The notes under the pieces: generated by a model | What the model saw: the letters and a program-made list of their open reading frames with translations, nothing else | The model's database searches: none | What the model was told of the DNA's origin: nothing | Program-made: the position numbers and the translations under genes | NCBI GenBank assembly: GCA_964580585.1 | Contig: CAZOKZ010000003.1 | Coordinates: 51,468-115,467 of the forward strand | Source of the DNA: an uncultured Candidatus Sumerlaeota bacterium | Lineage (GTDB): Bacteria > Sumerlaeota > Sumerlaeia > SLMS01 > JAHLLQ01 | Length of the DNA: 64,000 bases | Reading direction: 5' to 3' | In this document: piece by piece, positions 48,818 to 58,056 of the stretch | Numbering within the stretch: the first letter of the stretch is position 1 | How the letters are laid out: the number at the start of each line of letters is the position of its first letter

Positions 48818-51370
48818 ATGAGAAGAATTCTCAGCCAGTCGATTTTCTGGCTTTCATTACTCGTCACATTCGTGTCGGGCGGCGCGGTGGCCTACTATTG
48901 GGCCAGCAGCGATTTCCAGTATTCGTTGATCGAAGCGGGCGGTGGCGAACAAACTTTCTATTACATTGCCGTGGGTCAGGCGATTGCCATCATGTTGGCG
49001 TATTTCCTCAGTCTGGACTCCCACGCGACACGTCGTCCCTGGATCGCCATGATTGCCGGGGCTTTCAGTCCGGGTGCGACGGCTGGATTGACCGGAATTG
49101 CTTTCACATACGAACAAGTCGATTTGGTTGCTGTGGGCGGAGCGCTGGGCGGTGGCGTGGCCAGCGCCGCGGCGATTTTGATCTTCGAGTTTTTCAATCG
49201 CTGGTTGTGGCACTTCATTCTTTGCAAACTGGACAAAAAACATCTGGGCGGACCGGCGTTGATGGCGAGCCGTTTGGCTCTTTTATGGAAACCGGGCCAG
49301 GAAGAACTGCTCGGATCGGTCAGCATCGAAATGTTCCGCCGTGGTCGGCGCGGCGAAGTGGGCGAGCAGTTGCGCCGCATGTACCAGCAAGGCATTCGCG
49401 AACCCGAATTGCTCGAGTTGCTTTGCCAGCTTGCTGCCGAAGAGAAAAAACCAGACGAGTTCATTTGTTACCTGGGCGAATTGTTCAATCAATTCCCCGA
49501 AGATCAGCAATTGCGCGACGCTTACCTGGACGAATTGCTGGAACTGGGAAAAAACAAGGAGGCGCTGGCGCACATCGATGCGCACGGTCTGCGCCAGGAC
49601 GAAGACCTGCTGGAAAAACACGCCATCCTATTGCTCGAAGCCAAACGTTTGCTCGAAGCCGTGAAAGTGGCGCAACGCCTGGGCGATCTCGAAGGCGTAC
49701 CCATGCGTCGCAGCGATGCCATCCTGCGCAAAGTGCTCTCCGTTGATGACAAGTTTGTGCCCGCGATGAACGTGCTGGCCGATCAGGCCGATCGCCAAGG
49801 GCGCAAAGACCAGCAAATCCGCTGGCTCGACCGTTCGGTGACGCTTGATCGCACGCAGACCGATCGCATGAAAAAACTGGCCGATCTGCTCGAAGGCGCC
49901 GATATGCACCGACGTCTCGAGGAATTGCTGTTCGACATGTTGATCGATCGACCGCACGACATGGACTTGGGTCTGCGTCATGCCAGCCTCGTTTATTCAA
50001 ACGGTAAAATCGGCGATGCCATCGAAGCGCTCGATAAACTCGAAACGCGCGGTTGCAACAAAGCGGAAATGTATTTGATGATGGCTAAGGCGAATTTCGA
50101 GTTGGACAAACTCGATGAAGCCAAAAACGCCGCGGAAAAAGCGCTGACGAAACAACTGACCGAAGAACAATCCGCGTCGATGAACGCGTTGGTGCGCCGT
50201 ATCGAACGCGCCGTGTTTTCCGCCGAACTGGCGCAAAAACTCGAAGATTGCGAAGCTCAACCGGAAAACCTGGAATTGCAGTTGGAAACGTTGTCGAAAC
50301 TTTGCTCGACCGGGCACTTCGACCGCGCCATCGGGCACGCGGATTTGTTGCTGCGCCATCATCAGCGCGCGCGTGGCAAAGTCATCGCGATTATCGAACA
50401 CACGTTCATCAACTTGAAAGACGGCGGCTTCACGTTGCTCAACTACCTGGCCGACTTGCAGGTTGCCGAAGGTCGTTTCGACGACGCGCTCGAAACCGTA
50501 AAGATGATGGCCAAGCGCTCGCTTTCGCCTGCCAAGGCGATCAAGGACGGAGCGCAAAAAATCCTGCGCCGCAGCCCACACCACCTGAACACATTGCGGG
50601 TGATGGGCGAAATGTACGAGGAAATCGGTCAATTCACGGAAATGATTCACTCGTACTCGCTGTATCTGGCCAACGGCGGCGAAGAAAACGTCGTCATCGA
50701 TCAATCGCTCGCGAAAGCCTACATGGCGATCAACGATTTCCCCAGCGCGCGCCGATTCGTCAATTCGCTGCTCGATGCCCAGGACGCCGACCCCGAAGAA
50801 AACGCCAGGCTGCTGCACCAGATCATTCCGTTGGCGTTGGAATCGAACAATGCCATGGAAGCCGCCGAATACATCAAGCGGTTGGAGCTGATTCTTCCGG
50901 AAGATCGCGAAACGCGTGTGCTGCGTGGGCGTGTGGATGCCTCGCTGGGCGAGCAACGGTTCTCGTTCCTCCAGCGCGAACTCGAAGCGGGCAAGGGCGA
51001 CGCGAATACCCTGGAAGAGCTTGGCGATTTGAGCCTGGAGCGCGAAGACTACCATCAGGCGATTACGTATTACCAGCGTGCCTCGCGCCAGAAAGGCGCC
51101 ACGCGTGTTCCAGCGGCCAAGCTGGCGTATTGCTTTGCCAAAAAACGCATGTTCGATCTCGCCGGTGAAACGTTGATGGAAATCAAATTGAGTTTGAGCG
51201 ACGATTCCGAAGAACTCGACGTCTTGATGCGGTGGATCTACAAGACAGCCGAGGCACTCGAAGGCGCGCACATGTTCGAGAAAGCGTCGCGGCTTTTCAA
51301 ACAACTCATGAAAATCGATGCCGGTTACCGGGATGTGCTTCAACGCGTTGAAAAGCTGAACAAGATGTGA
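48818..51370 (+). CDS. TPR-repeat protein with N-terminal multi-TM domain
   Basis: About 5 TM helices span aa 1-180. Long arrays of TPR-like helical repeats follow. The start was chosen at MRRIL with a gggag RBS. Confidence 0.55.
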   Translation: MRRILSQSIFWLSLLVTFVSGGAVAYYWASSDFQYSLIEAGGGEQTFYYIAVGQAIAIMLAYFLSLDSHATRRPWIAMIAGAFSPGATAGLTGIAFTYEQVDLVAVGGALGGGVASAAAILIFEFFNRWLWHFILCKLDKKHLGGPALMASRLALLWKPGQEELLGSVSIEMFRRGRRGEVGEQLRRMYQQGIREPELLELLCQLAAEEKKPDEFICYLGELFNQFPEDQQLRDAYLDELLELGKNKEALAHIDAHGLRQDEDLLEKHAILLLEAKRLLEAVKVAQRLGDLEGVPMRRSDAILRKVLSVDDKFVPAMNVLADQADRQGRKDQQIRWLDRSVTLDRTQTDRMKKLADLLEGADMHRRLEELLFDMLIDRPHDMDLGLRHASLVYSNGKIGDAIEALDKLETRGCNKAEMYLMMAKANFELDKLDEAKNAAEKALTKQLTEEQSASMNALVRRIERAVFSAELAQKLEDCEAQPENLELQLETLSKLCSTGHFDRAIGHADLLLRHHQRARGKVIAIIEHTFINLKDGGFTLLNYLADLQVAEGRFDDALETVKMMAKRSLSPAKAIKDGAQKILRRSPHHLNTLRVMGEMYEEIGQFTEMIHSYSLYLANGGEENVVIDQSLAKAYMAINDFPSARRFVNSLLDAQDADPEENARLLHQIIPLALESNNAMEAAEYIKRLELILPEDRETRVLRGRVDASLGEQRFSFLQRELEAGKGDANTLEELGDLSLEREDYHQAITYYQRASRQKGATRVPAAKLAYCFAKKRMFDLAGETLMEIKLSLSDDSEELDVLMRWIYKTAEALEGAHMFEKASRLFKQLMKIDAGYRDVLQRVEKLNKM

Positions 51371-51379
51371 CGCGTTTCT

Positions 51380-52192
51380 CTACGTCAAAAGAAAATCAAT
51401 CAATCCAAGCAGTTTCGCGCTGCTGACCAGGATCATGACGACCAGAATCACCATGATCCATTTTTCGCCTTTTTCAATGGCGACCCAACTACCAATGACA
51501 GCGCCGATTATTTGTCCCACGCCCAATAAAATCCCCGCCAACCATGCCATTTGCACGCCGCTGAGCAAAAACGTGACGATCGAAATCGCCGTGACGCCCA
51601 GGATAACAAGCAACTTGACGTAATTGCCGCGCACGAGGTCGAGACGCATCAGGTACCCGAGCGTTGTCAGGATCATAATACCGACTCCGGCCTGTAAAAA
51701 ACCTCCATACGCACCGAGGAAAAAAAACGCGGTTAGCACGCTGGCTTTCTGCTTGAAACCGAGCGGTTCCCAGGCGTCCTCGGGCGTTTCGCCGGGTCCG
51801 AGCAGACGCGGTTTGGGTTTCTTCAAAATCAAAACCAGCAGTCCAAGCATCAAGACCCCGAGGATTTTTTCAAATCGGTCGTCGGGTAAATACGCAGCCA
51901 GCAACGTACCGGCAATCGAACCGATAATCGCCACGATAGCCACGCGCCAGGACAGGTGGTTTTCGCTGACGCCGCCGCGCCGGAATTGGCGCAACGCCAT
52001 GATGTTCTGTCCCACGACGCCGATGCGGTTCGTGGCGTTGGCGATGCTGCCGGGCAAGCCGACAAAAATCAAAACCGGGAGCGTAATGACGCTGCCCCCT
52101 CCTGCGACGGTGTTGATCACGCCCGAGGCCAATCCTGCGAGCAGTAGCACGACGTAATGCAACAAAGTTAGGTCCGGAAGGGCATCGGGCAT
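51380..52192 (-). CDS. Sulfite exporter TauE/SafE (TSUP) family membrane protein
   Basis: The sequence LLLAGLASGVINTVAGGGSVITLPVLIFVGLP has a 4+4 TM repeat architecture. The start was chosen at MPDAL. Confidence 0.8.
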   Translation of the reverse strand: MPDALPDLTLLHYVVLLLAGLASGVINTVAGGGSVITLPVLIFVGLPGSIANATNRIGVVGQNIMALRQFRRGGVSENHLSWRVAIVAIIGSIAGTLLAAYLPDDRFEKILGVLMLGLLVLILKKPKPRLLGPGETPEDAWEPLGFKQKASVLTAFFFLGAYGGFLQAGVGIMILTTLGYLMRLDLVRGNYVKLLVILGVTAISIVTFLLSGVQMAWLAGILLGVGQIIGAVIGSWVAIEKGEKWIMVILVVMILVSSAKLLGLIDFLLT

Positions 52193-52596
52193 GGAAAGGG
52201 ACGGAGTGCTTTTCGGGTGGATTTTAGAGTTGAACTGCGCAAGGCGGTTGCTTTGCCACCCGGGGGACGGAAATTCAAGCGAGGAAATTGTCACCGAACG
52301 GTAAGGGAAGATAGCGAGTTTTTTGTGAGATTCAAAAGACGGAGCGAATGTTCAAATAACACATAATCCCTGGGAAAATCGGACATTTGATCTTCGTCTT
52401 AGGGGTGCAACTCCACCGAAATCAGTGGGCGATTCCCTCTCCACCAGCTATCGCTATTCAAGTCGGGACGGCGGGTCTAGGAAATTTTTCGCTTGCCGGG
52501 GAAGGGGGTTTTGAAGAAATTATTCCTCGCAGCGCATGACTGGGCGTTCGGGAAATGAGTCGGCGCTACTTTGGGGGTAGGTTGCCATAACCACGC

Positions 52597-53313
52597 ATGA
52601 AAATTATCGCGACCTTACCGACCTATAACGAATCGGGGAATATCGAATCATTGATCGATGCCTTGCTCAAGGTTTCTAAAAACCTCGAGGTTCTGGTTAT
52701 CGACGACAATTCGCCGGATGGCACATGGCGGCTGGTCGCAGAGATCGCGGGAAAAAATCCGCGCGTTCACCTGCTCCACCGCACAAACGCCAAAGGTCGG
52801 GGTTCAGCAGGAATCGCGGGTTTTCAAAAGGCATTGTCCATGGGGGCAGATTTGATCGTGGAAATGGATGCGGACTGGTCACATCATCCGCGTTTTCTTC
52901 GCAAGATGATACGCGCCTCGCGAAGGGCGGACGTGGTGATCGGGTCGCGGTTGGTCCCCGGGGGGGGAGAAGTCGGACGACACGCCATTCGAAAAATGAT
53001 TACACTGGCTGCTAATCTCTATATTCGCGTCATGTTGCGTCTTCCTATACAGGATTGCACAACAGGGTATCGCGTGTTTCGACGCCAGGTACTTGAACAA
53101 ATCGAATGGGAACGTGTGCAATCCAATGGTCCGGCCATTGTCCAGGAAATCCTGGTCGCTGCGCGTGCGCTTGGAGCTCGTTTTGCCGAAGTACCCATCC
53201 TCTTCGAGGAGAGGCGTGCGGGGTCCTCGACGTTCAATTCCAAAATCCTGCTGGCCGGGTTGGTCGCCCAATGGCGACTGGCTTGGCAACAGCCACCGGT
53301 GCGAGTCTTATGA
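52597..53313 (+). CDS. GT2 polyprenol-phosphate mannosyltransferase (Dpm1/Ppm1-like)
   Basis: Shows TYNESGNI and VIDDNSPDGT. A DAD motif lies in MDADWSHHP. The ~240-aa size is typical of DPM synthase catalytic subunits. Confidence 0.8.
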   Translation: MKIIATLPTYNESGNIESLIDALLKVSKNLEVLVIDDNSPDGTWRLVAEIAGKNPRVHLLHRTNAKGRGSAGIAGFQKALSMGADLIVEMDADWSHHPRFLRKMIRASRRADVVIGSRLVPGGGEVGRHAIRKMITLAANLYIRVMLRLPIQDCTTGYRVFRRQVLEQIEWERVQSNGPAIVQEILVAARALGARFAEVPILFEERRAGSSTFNSKILLAGLVAQWRLAWQQPPVRVL

Positions 53314-54065
53314 CGGAACTACAATCTGTACTAGCGGAAGTCGTAGAACCATACCTGGAGGGTATCAACGGGCGTCGGGAGGAAATGCTCGACAAATTTG
53401 AAGTTTTTCTCGAAATGCTGCGCAATCGCGGTCGCGATAATAACCTGACCGGATTCCGCGATTCCAATGAACTGGCCATTCAAGTTGTTTGCGACGCCTT
53501 GGCGCCTTTGATGAACGCGCCCGAACCGATTTGCGACGAAGGCCCCGAAGAACTGCTCGACGTTGGCTCCGGCGCGGGCCTGCCCGGTATCATTTACGCC
53601 CTTTACTGGCCAAACTGCGAAGTTTACCTGCTCGAATCCAATAAAAAGCGCCTCGAATTTTTGCGCGAAGCCATCGACGCCTTAGGCCTGGACAACTGCC
53701 AGATCCTCGAAGGCCGCGCCGAAACCCACGCGCACGAACTCGTCTGGCGCGAACGGTTCGACATGGTCACCTCGCGCGCTCTCGCGCCGCTTCCCATCGC
53801 GCTGGAACTTTGCCTGCCCTACCTCGCGCTCGACGGCTACATGCTCACCTTCAAGAGCGCCAATCCCGCCGAAGAAGTTCGTGACGCCGAATTCGCGCTC
53901 AATAAACTTGGCGCCGGCAAAGTCGAAGTTAAACCTTACGTTCCCGGTCCGGACCAATCCAAGCGCACCGCGCTCTGGATTCCGAAAACCGGCCTCACCC
54001 CCGACCGTTATCCGCGCCGCGAAGGCATTCCTGCCAAGCGTCCCCTGCGTGGAAGCCGCAGCTAA
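53311..54065 (+). CDS. rsmG: 16S rRNA (guanine527-N7)-methyltransferase RsmG (GidB)
   Basis: The SAM-binding site reads LDVGSGAGLPGI. A GidB-type C-terminal region is present. The ATG overlaps the upstream TGA (ATGA). Confidence 0.85.
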
Positions 54066-54107
54066 CCCGCCTTTCCTCTCCTGCTACAGGTCATACAATA
54101 CGACAAA

Positions 54108-54143
54108 GGGACGGAGCCAATCGACTCCGTCCCTTTTTCATTT
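54108..54143 (+). terminator. Rho-independent terminator after rsmG
   Basis: The stem gggacggag / ctccgtccc (loop ccaatcga) is followed by tttttcattt. Confidence 0.6.
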
Positions 54144-54286
54144 AACAACTCCGTCCCCGTAAAAAAATCACTGAAAGAACGAAGCAGAAGCTGGGATCGC
54201 CAATCTCCCGATTGGCGAAAATGCCATCCGCCGATCAGGAGATCGGCGTTCCCAGGAATAGGCGCTTTGTAAAACGCGCCTACGAA

Positions 54287-55231
54287 TCAAAACTTCGCTT
54301 CCGGATGCCTCGGCTGCAAATCCGAAAGCCGCACGGTGTCGTCGGGAAAGCCCAGTTTAATCTTTGTCGATTTCCACCAAAATCGCAGGCCGCTCATCAG
54401 GTGTTCTAGTGTTAGGCGGTTGATACCGCGAGCGCTTTGGCGGCGGACCTTGTGGATGATACGCGCGCGCGGGTTGAAGGCGATTTTCCAACCGCGACGC
54501 TTGGCTCGCCAGCACCAATCCACGTCCTCGAATCCGAAATAGTAACGGTCGTCAAACAGGCCAATTTGTTCGATGGCCGCGCGCCGCATGCAAAAACAAG
54601 CTCCCGCCACCCAGTCGCCCATATATGGGCGGCTCGGGTCGCGATCGAGCATCAGGTGCCGCCGGTTCCACGGGTTGTTTTGCCACGCTTCGCCGAGCGG
54701 CAGCCGCCGCGCGACGATTGTCATCAGCGTGTAGAACCGCTTCACGTTGCGCTCGATCTCGCCATCGAGCCGTGTCGTGTGTCCGCCGCACGCTCCGATT
54801 TTGGGAAACCGGTCCATGAAATGAACCAACGCGTCGAAACAGCCGTCGAAAACCTCGGTGTCCGAATCCAGCATCAGGCAATACCGCCCGCGTGCCGCCG
54901 CGATGCCCGCGTTACGCATCTCGGCAATTCCGAACACATGGTGGGTAATCAGGCGCACCCATGGGTTTTCCCGGCAGAGCTGCTCGGTGCCGTCGCCGCT
55001 CGGTTTGTTGACGATAATGACCTCGACAATCGAACGGCACCGATGCTGCCGGATCATCGGCAGCAAGGCGCGCAACTCGCCGCACAAGCGCCAGTTTATC
55101 AGCACCACCGAAAGGTCGGGGATTTCGTCGGGCGCAATGGGAGCCGACACCACGCGCGTGGCGGATGATTTTTGCGGTACGCTGGACTTCGGCCCAGGCT
55201 TTGCTTTTCGTTTGGACGTTTGAGGATTCAC
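54287..55231 (-). CDS. Glycosyltransferase family 2 protein
   Basis: A GT-A fold is indicated by SVVLINWR, DSD (LMLDSDTEV) and a C-terminal QxxRW-like segment. Confidence 0.7.
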   Translation of the reverse strand: MNPQTSKRKAKPGPKSSVPQKSSATRVVSAPIAPDEIPDLSVVLINWRLCGELRALLPMIRQHRCRSIVEVIIVNKPSGDGTEQLCRENPWVRLITHHVFGIAEMRNAGIAAARGRYCLMLDSDTEVFDGCFDALVHFMDRFPKIGACGGHTTRLDGEIERNVKRFYTLMTIVARRLPLGEAWQNNPWNRRHLMLDRDPSRPYMGDWVAGACFCMRRAAIEQIGLFDDRYYFGFEDVDWCWRAKRRGWKIAFNPRARIIHKVRRQSARGINRLTLEHLMSGLRFWWKSTKIKLGFPDDTVRLSDLQPRHPEAKF

Positions 55232-55303
55232 AGGGACAAATGTCTCGATTATGAAAACCCGCCGCGTTCACAACGCGGCTTCAATTTTTCCGAGGAGCTC
55301 GGT

Positions 55304-55954
55304 ATGACGACAGTAGTAAGACCATGGGAAGGTGCTGAAACAACGGAAAAGGCGCAACGGGCATTGGACCGTTTGCGGGAAACATTTTCCGTATCGGAAA
55401 TCCCGGCGGGCGTGGCGGAATTGGCTGGCTCGGAATCCGGCGTGCACGATCTCTACATGAATCTCAAGCGCCAGCTCGACGGTGGCAAGGTGTCGAAAGA
55501 GGTCAAGCTGCTGATTGGCGTGGCGGTGGCATCGGCGGCGGGTTCCACCGAGGGTGTGCGATTCCTTGGAGCCGCGGCACGCGAAGCGGGAGCTTCGGCC
55601 CAGGCCGTACTCGACGCCGTTTCGGTTGCCACCGTTTGCACGATCTTCAACGGCTACTATCATTTCCGCGATCTCGCGCCTAATGGTGAATTCGACGCCT
55701 TCCGCGCGCCGTTCAACGCCAATACGCTGGCGCAAACGACGCTCACCGTTCAACAAACCGAGTTGATCTGTATCGTGGTTTCCGCGTGGAACAACTGCCA
55801 TACCTGCGTCCAAGGCCACATGGCCAAGGCCCAGTCGGTCGGAATCTCCAACGATCAGATTGACGAGGCGATCAAAGCGGGTACCGTGGCGCGAGCGCTG
55901 GCAAACGTGGCCGCATCGCTCGACGCCGAGCCTGAAGCTGTTGGCGCGATGTAA
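55304..55954 (+). CDS. Carboxymuconolactone decarboxylase family protein, AhpD-like (CxxCxxxH: CHTCVQGH)
   Basis: An AhpD-core motif is present and the RBS is gaggag. It is positioned directly upstream of the peroxiredoxin. Confidence 0.6.
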   Translation: MTTVVRPWEGAETTEKAQRALDRLRETFSVSEIPAGVAELAGSESGVHDLYMNLKRQLDGGKVSKEVKLLIGVAVASAAGSTEGVRFLGAAAREAGASAQAVLDAVSVATVCTIFNGYYHFRDLAPNGEFDAFRAPFNANTLAQTTLTVQQTELICIVVSAWNNCHTCVQGHMAKAQSVGISNDQIDEAIKAGTVARALANVAASLDAEPEAVGAM

Positions 55955-55962
55955 AAAAAACC

Positions 55963-56084
55963 AACCACGGAATACACAGAAGGCACGGAATTCAGGGATT
56001 TTGAATCATGGGCATTCAGTAAGCACGATGCTCAACAAGATGTTCCATCTTGTACTTTCCGTGTACTCCGTGTATTCTGTGGTT
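55963..56084. repeat. Long imperfect inverted-repeat (hairpin) element between ahpD-like and ahpC
   Basis: Arm 55963-55993 (aaccacggaatacacagaaggcacggaattc) pairs with arm 56057-56084 (ttccgtgtactccgtgtattctgtggtt). The loop is ~65 nt. The arms resemble those of the 15236-15381 element. Confidence 0.5.
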
Positions 56085-56129
56085 AAAATAAAAACAAACC
56101 TTTCATTAACACCATAGGAGACCCTTTCG

Positions 56130-56654
56130 ATGATTACCGTTGGACAACAAGCCCCGGATTTTACCTGCAAAGCTTTGGTCGGGACGGAATTCCAGGACAT
56201 TACGCTGAGCAATTATAAAGGCAAATGGGTGTGCCTTTACTTCTACCCGCTCGATTTCACATTCGTCTGCCCGACGGAAATCAAAGCGTTCAGCGACAAT
56301 GTGCCGGAGTTCGAAGACCGCGATTGCATGGTGATCGGTGGTAGCTGTGACAGCGAATATAGCCACCTGGGCTGGGTGAACGCCAAAAGCGAACTGAAGG
56401 ACCTCAAGCACCCGCTGATTTCCGACTACACCAAGTCGATTTCCGCCGCGTATGGCATTCTGGACCACGAAAAGGGTGTGTCGAGACGCGCCACATTCCT
56501 GATCGACCCGCACGGTGTCGTGCGTTTCGTGTACGTGACCGACCTGAATGTTGGCCGTAACCCGGAAGAAGTCATTCGTGTGCTCGACGCGTTGCAAACC
56601 GACGAGCTTTGCCCCTGCAACTGGAAGAAGGGCGAAGAGACCATCCAGGTCTGA
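56130..56654 (+). CDS. ahpC: Peroxiredoxin (AhpC/Prx1 subfamily)
   Basis: The peroxidatic Cys lies in FTFVCPTE. A C-terminal resolving Cys region (CPCNW) is present. Confidence 0.9.
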   Translation: MITVGQQAPDFTCKALVGTEFQDITLSNYKGKWVCLYFYPLDFTFVCPTEIKAFSDNVPEFEDRDCMVIGGSCDSEYSHLGWVNAKSELKDLKHPLISDYTKSISAAYGILDHEKGVSRRATFLIDPHGVVRFVYVTDLNVGRNPEEVIRVLDALQTDELCPCNWKKGEETIQV

Positions 56655-56733
56655 TCGCGTCTGTTGATAAAAAACGTGCGGGCCGCCTCTCTGAATTGAA
56701 AGGCGGCCCGTTTTTTTGCCGAAATCGGACCTG

Positions 56734-57168
56734 CTATTGTCCCGAATTCTGCCGTGTGCGAAGTTTCGGCGTGACCTGTAAAATTCCCGCCGAGCGGCAG
56801 ATGTCGGTCGCATCGATGATTTGCTGGAACGGAATTTCCGCGTCGCTGGTGATCAGGGCTTCGCTCACGTTTTCCGTTTCAACCGCACGCTTGAGTTCGC
56901 GCTCGAGTAAATCCGTGCTCATTTCCTTGCCGTTCAGGTACATCTTGCCTTCGCGCGAGATGGCGATTTCCGGCACGCGCTTTTCGATGGTGCGTTCCTC
57001 GCCGCTGGTCGAAGCTGGCAGCGTGATGTCCAGATAACGCTCGCGATCCCGAATGTTCGTCGCCAGCACGAAGAAAAAGATCAGGTTGAAGATAATGTCG
57101 AGCAATGGCGTCAGGTTCAGCCCCGACTCCATGCCGTACATTTTGCGTTTTGCCCGTTTGCGTGCCAT
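56734..57168 (-). CDS. exbD: Biopolymer transport protein ExbD/TolR
   Basis: The N-terminus reads LNLTPLLDIIFNLIFFFVL, followed by a periplasmic domain. Confidence 0.85.
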   Translation of the reverse strand: MARKRAKRKMYGMESGLNLTPLLDIIFNLIFFFVLATNIRDRERYLDITLPASTSGEERTIEKRVPEIAISREGKMYLNGKEMSTDLLERELKRAVETENVSEALITSDAEIPFQQIIDATDICRSAGILQVTPKLRTRQNSGQ

Positions 57169-57951
57169 TTAGCCGTTCCCTTGGGGCGTTTGCTGAGGGG
57201 CAGGAGGTTGTTGCTGCGGGGGAGCGGCGACCGGCTGGGGTTGTTGGGGACGTTGGTGGGTGGCGGATGGACGGACTGTCGTTTGGGCCGACGAGGCGCG
57301 TTGTTTGAATCCCACGGCGCTCAGCACGGGTTCCAGTGACAGGTGTCCCTCTTCGGGCAGGATCACCTGCTCGTATGTGTTGATGCGACGAGTGAAAAAA
57401 TACAGGAAAATGAATGCTGGAATCGCGATCGAAAGGCCCCAGGCTGTCGTGATCAGCGCCACATTGATACCTGCGCTGAGTTCTTTAACCGAGGGATCGG
57501 TGGATTGAGCGAAATTATTGAACGTTTCGATCATGCCGAAAACGGTACCGAGCAACCCCATCAACGGCGCGACGGTGTAAACCACGGCCAGTTGGCTGTT
57601 GCGCTGCTGGAGAGATGTGCACTCTTCCTCTATCGTTTCGCTGAGGATTTCGGCGGGGTCGGCGTCGGGTTTGAACTCCAAATGGACCAGTACGCGGCGT
57701 AAAATCAGCGCCAGACTGTGGCCTTCGCGTTCGAGAGCGGCTTCGACTTCGCGGCGCGAACGGCATTGGGCGAGAATCTGGGGCAGGCGTTGGCGGAAAT
57801 TCGCAGGTGCTACCCGGGTTCGGCGCAGATTGATCGCCGCCTGGACCGTGAACGCTACCAACAGCAGCGCCATCGGCACCAGAAAGATCATCATCCAGCC
57901 GCCGTCGATCACATATCGCTGGAGTAGAGTGACTTCTTCGGTCGAATTCAT
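57169..57951 (-). CDS. exbB: MotA/TolQ/ExbB proton-channel protein with C-terminal Pro/Gln-rich tail
   Basis: Three TM helices carry the conserved TAWGL / GLLGTVFGMI-type motifs. The tail reads QRPQQPQPVAAPPQQQPPAPQQTPQ. The start was chosen at MNSTEEV. Confidence 0.8.
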   Translation of the reverse strand: MNSTEEVTLLQRYVIDGGWMMIFLVPMALLLVAFTVQAAINLRRTRVAPANFRQRLPQILAQCRSRREVEAALEREGHSLALILRRVLVHLEFKPDADPAEILSETIEEECTSLQQRNSQLAVVYTVAPLMGLLGTVFGMIETFNNFAQSTDPSVKELSAGINVALITTAWGLSIAIPAFIFLYFFTRRINTYEQVILPEEGHLSLEPVLSAVGFKQRASSAQTTVRPSATHQRPQQPQPVAAPPQQQPPAPQQTPQGNG

Positions 57952-58056
57952 TTCGCTTTTCTCTCCCGAGTTTCCATTTGCCCTTGATACCCCCCGGGAA
58001 TTGAGGCGCCATAGTCCCAGGGTGAGTTTATAATCGAATCGGTAGAATACTTTCGC

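Noticed and set aside
49997-51343. 448-aa minus-strand ORF and other internal ORFs
   Set aside because: They are antisense or alternative frames of the TPR protein gene.
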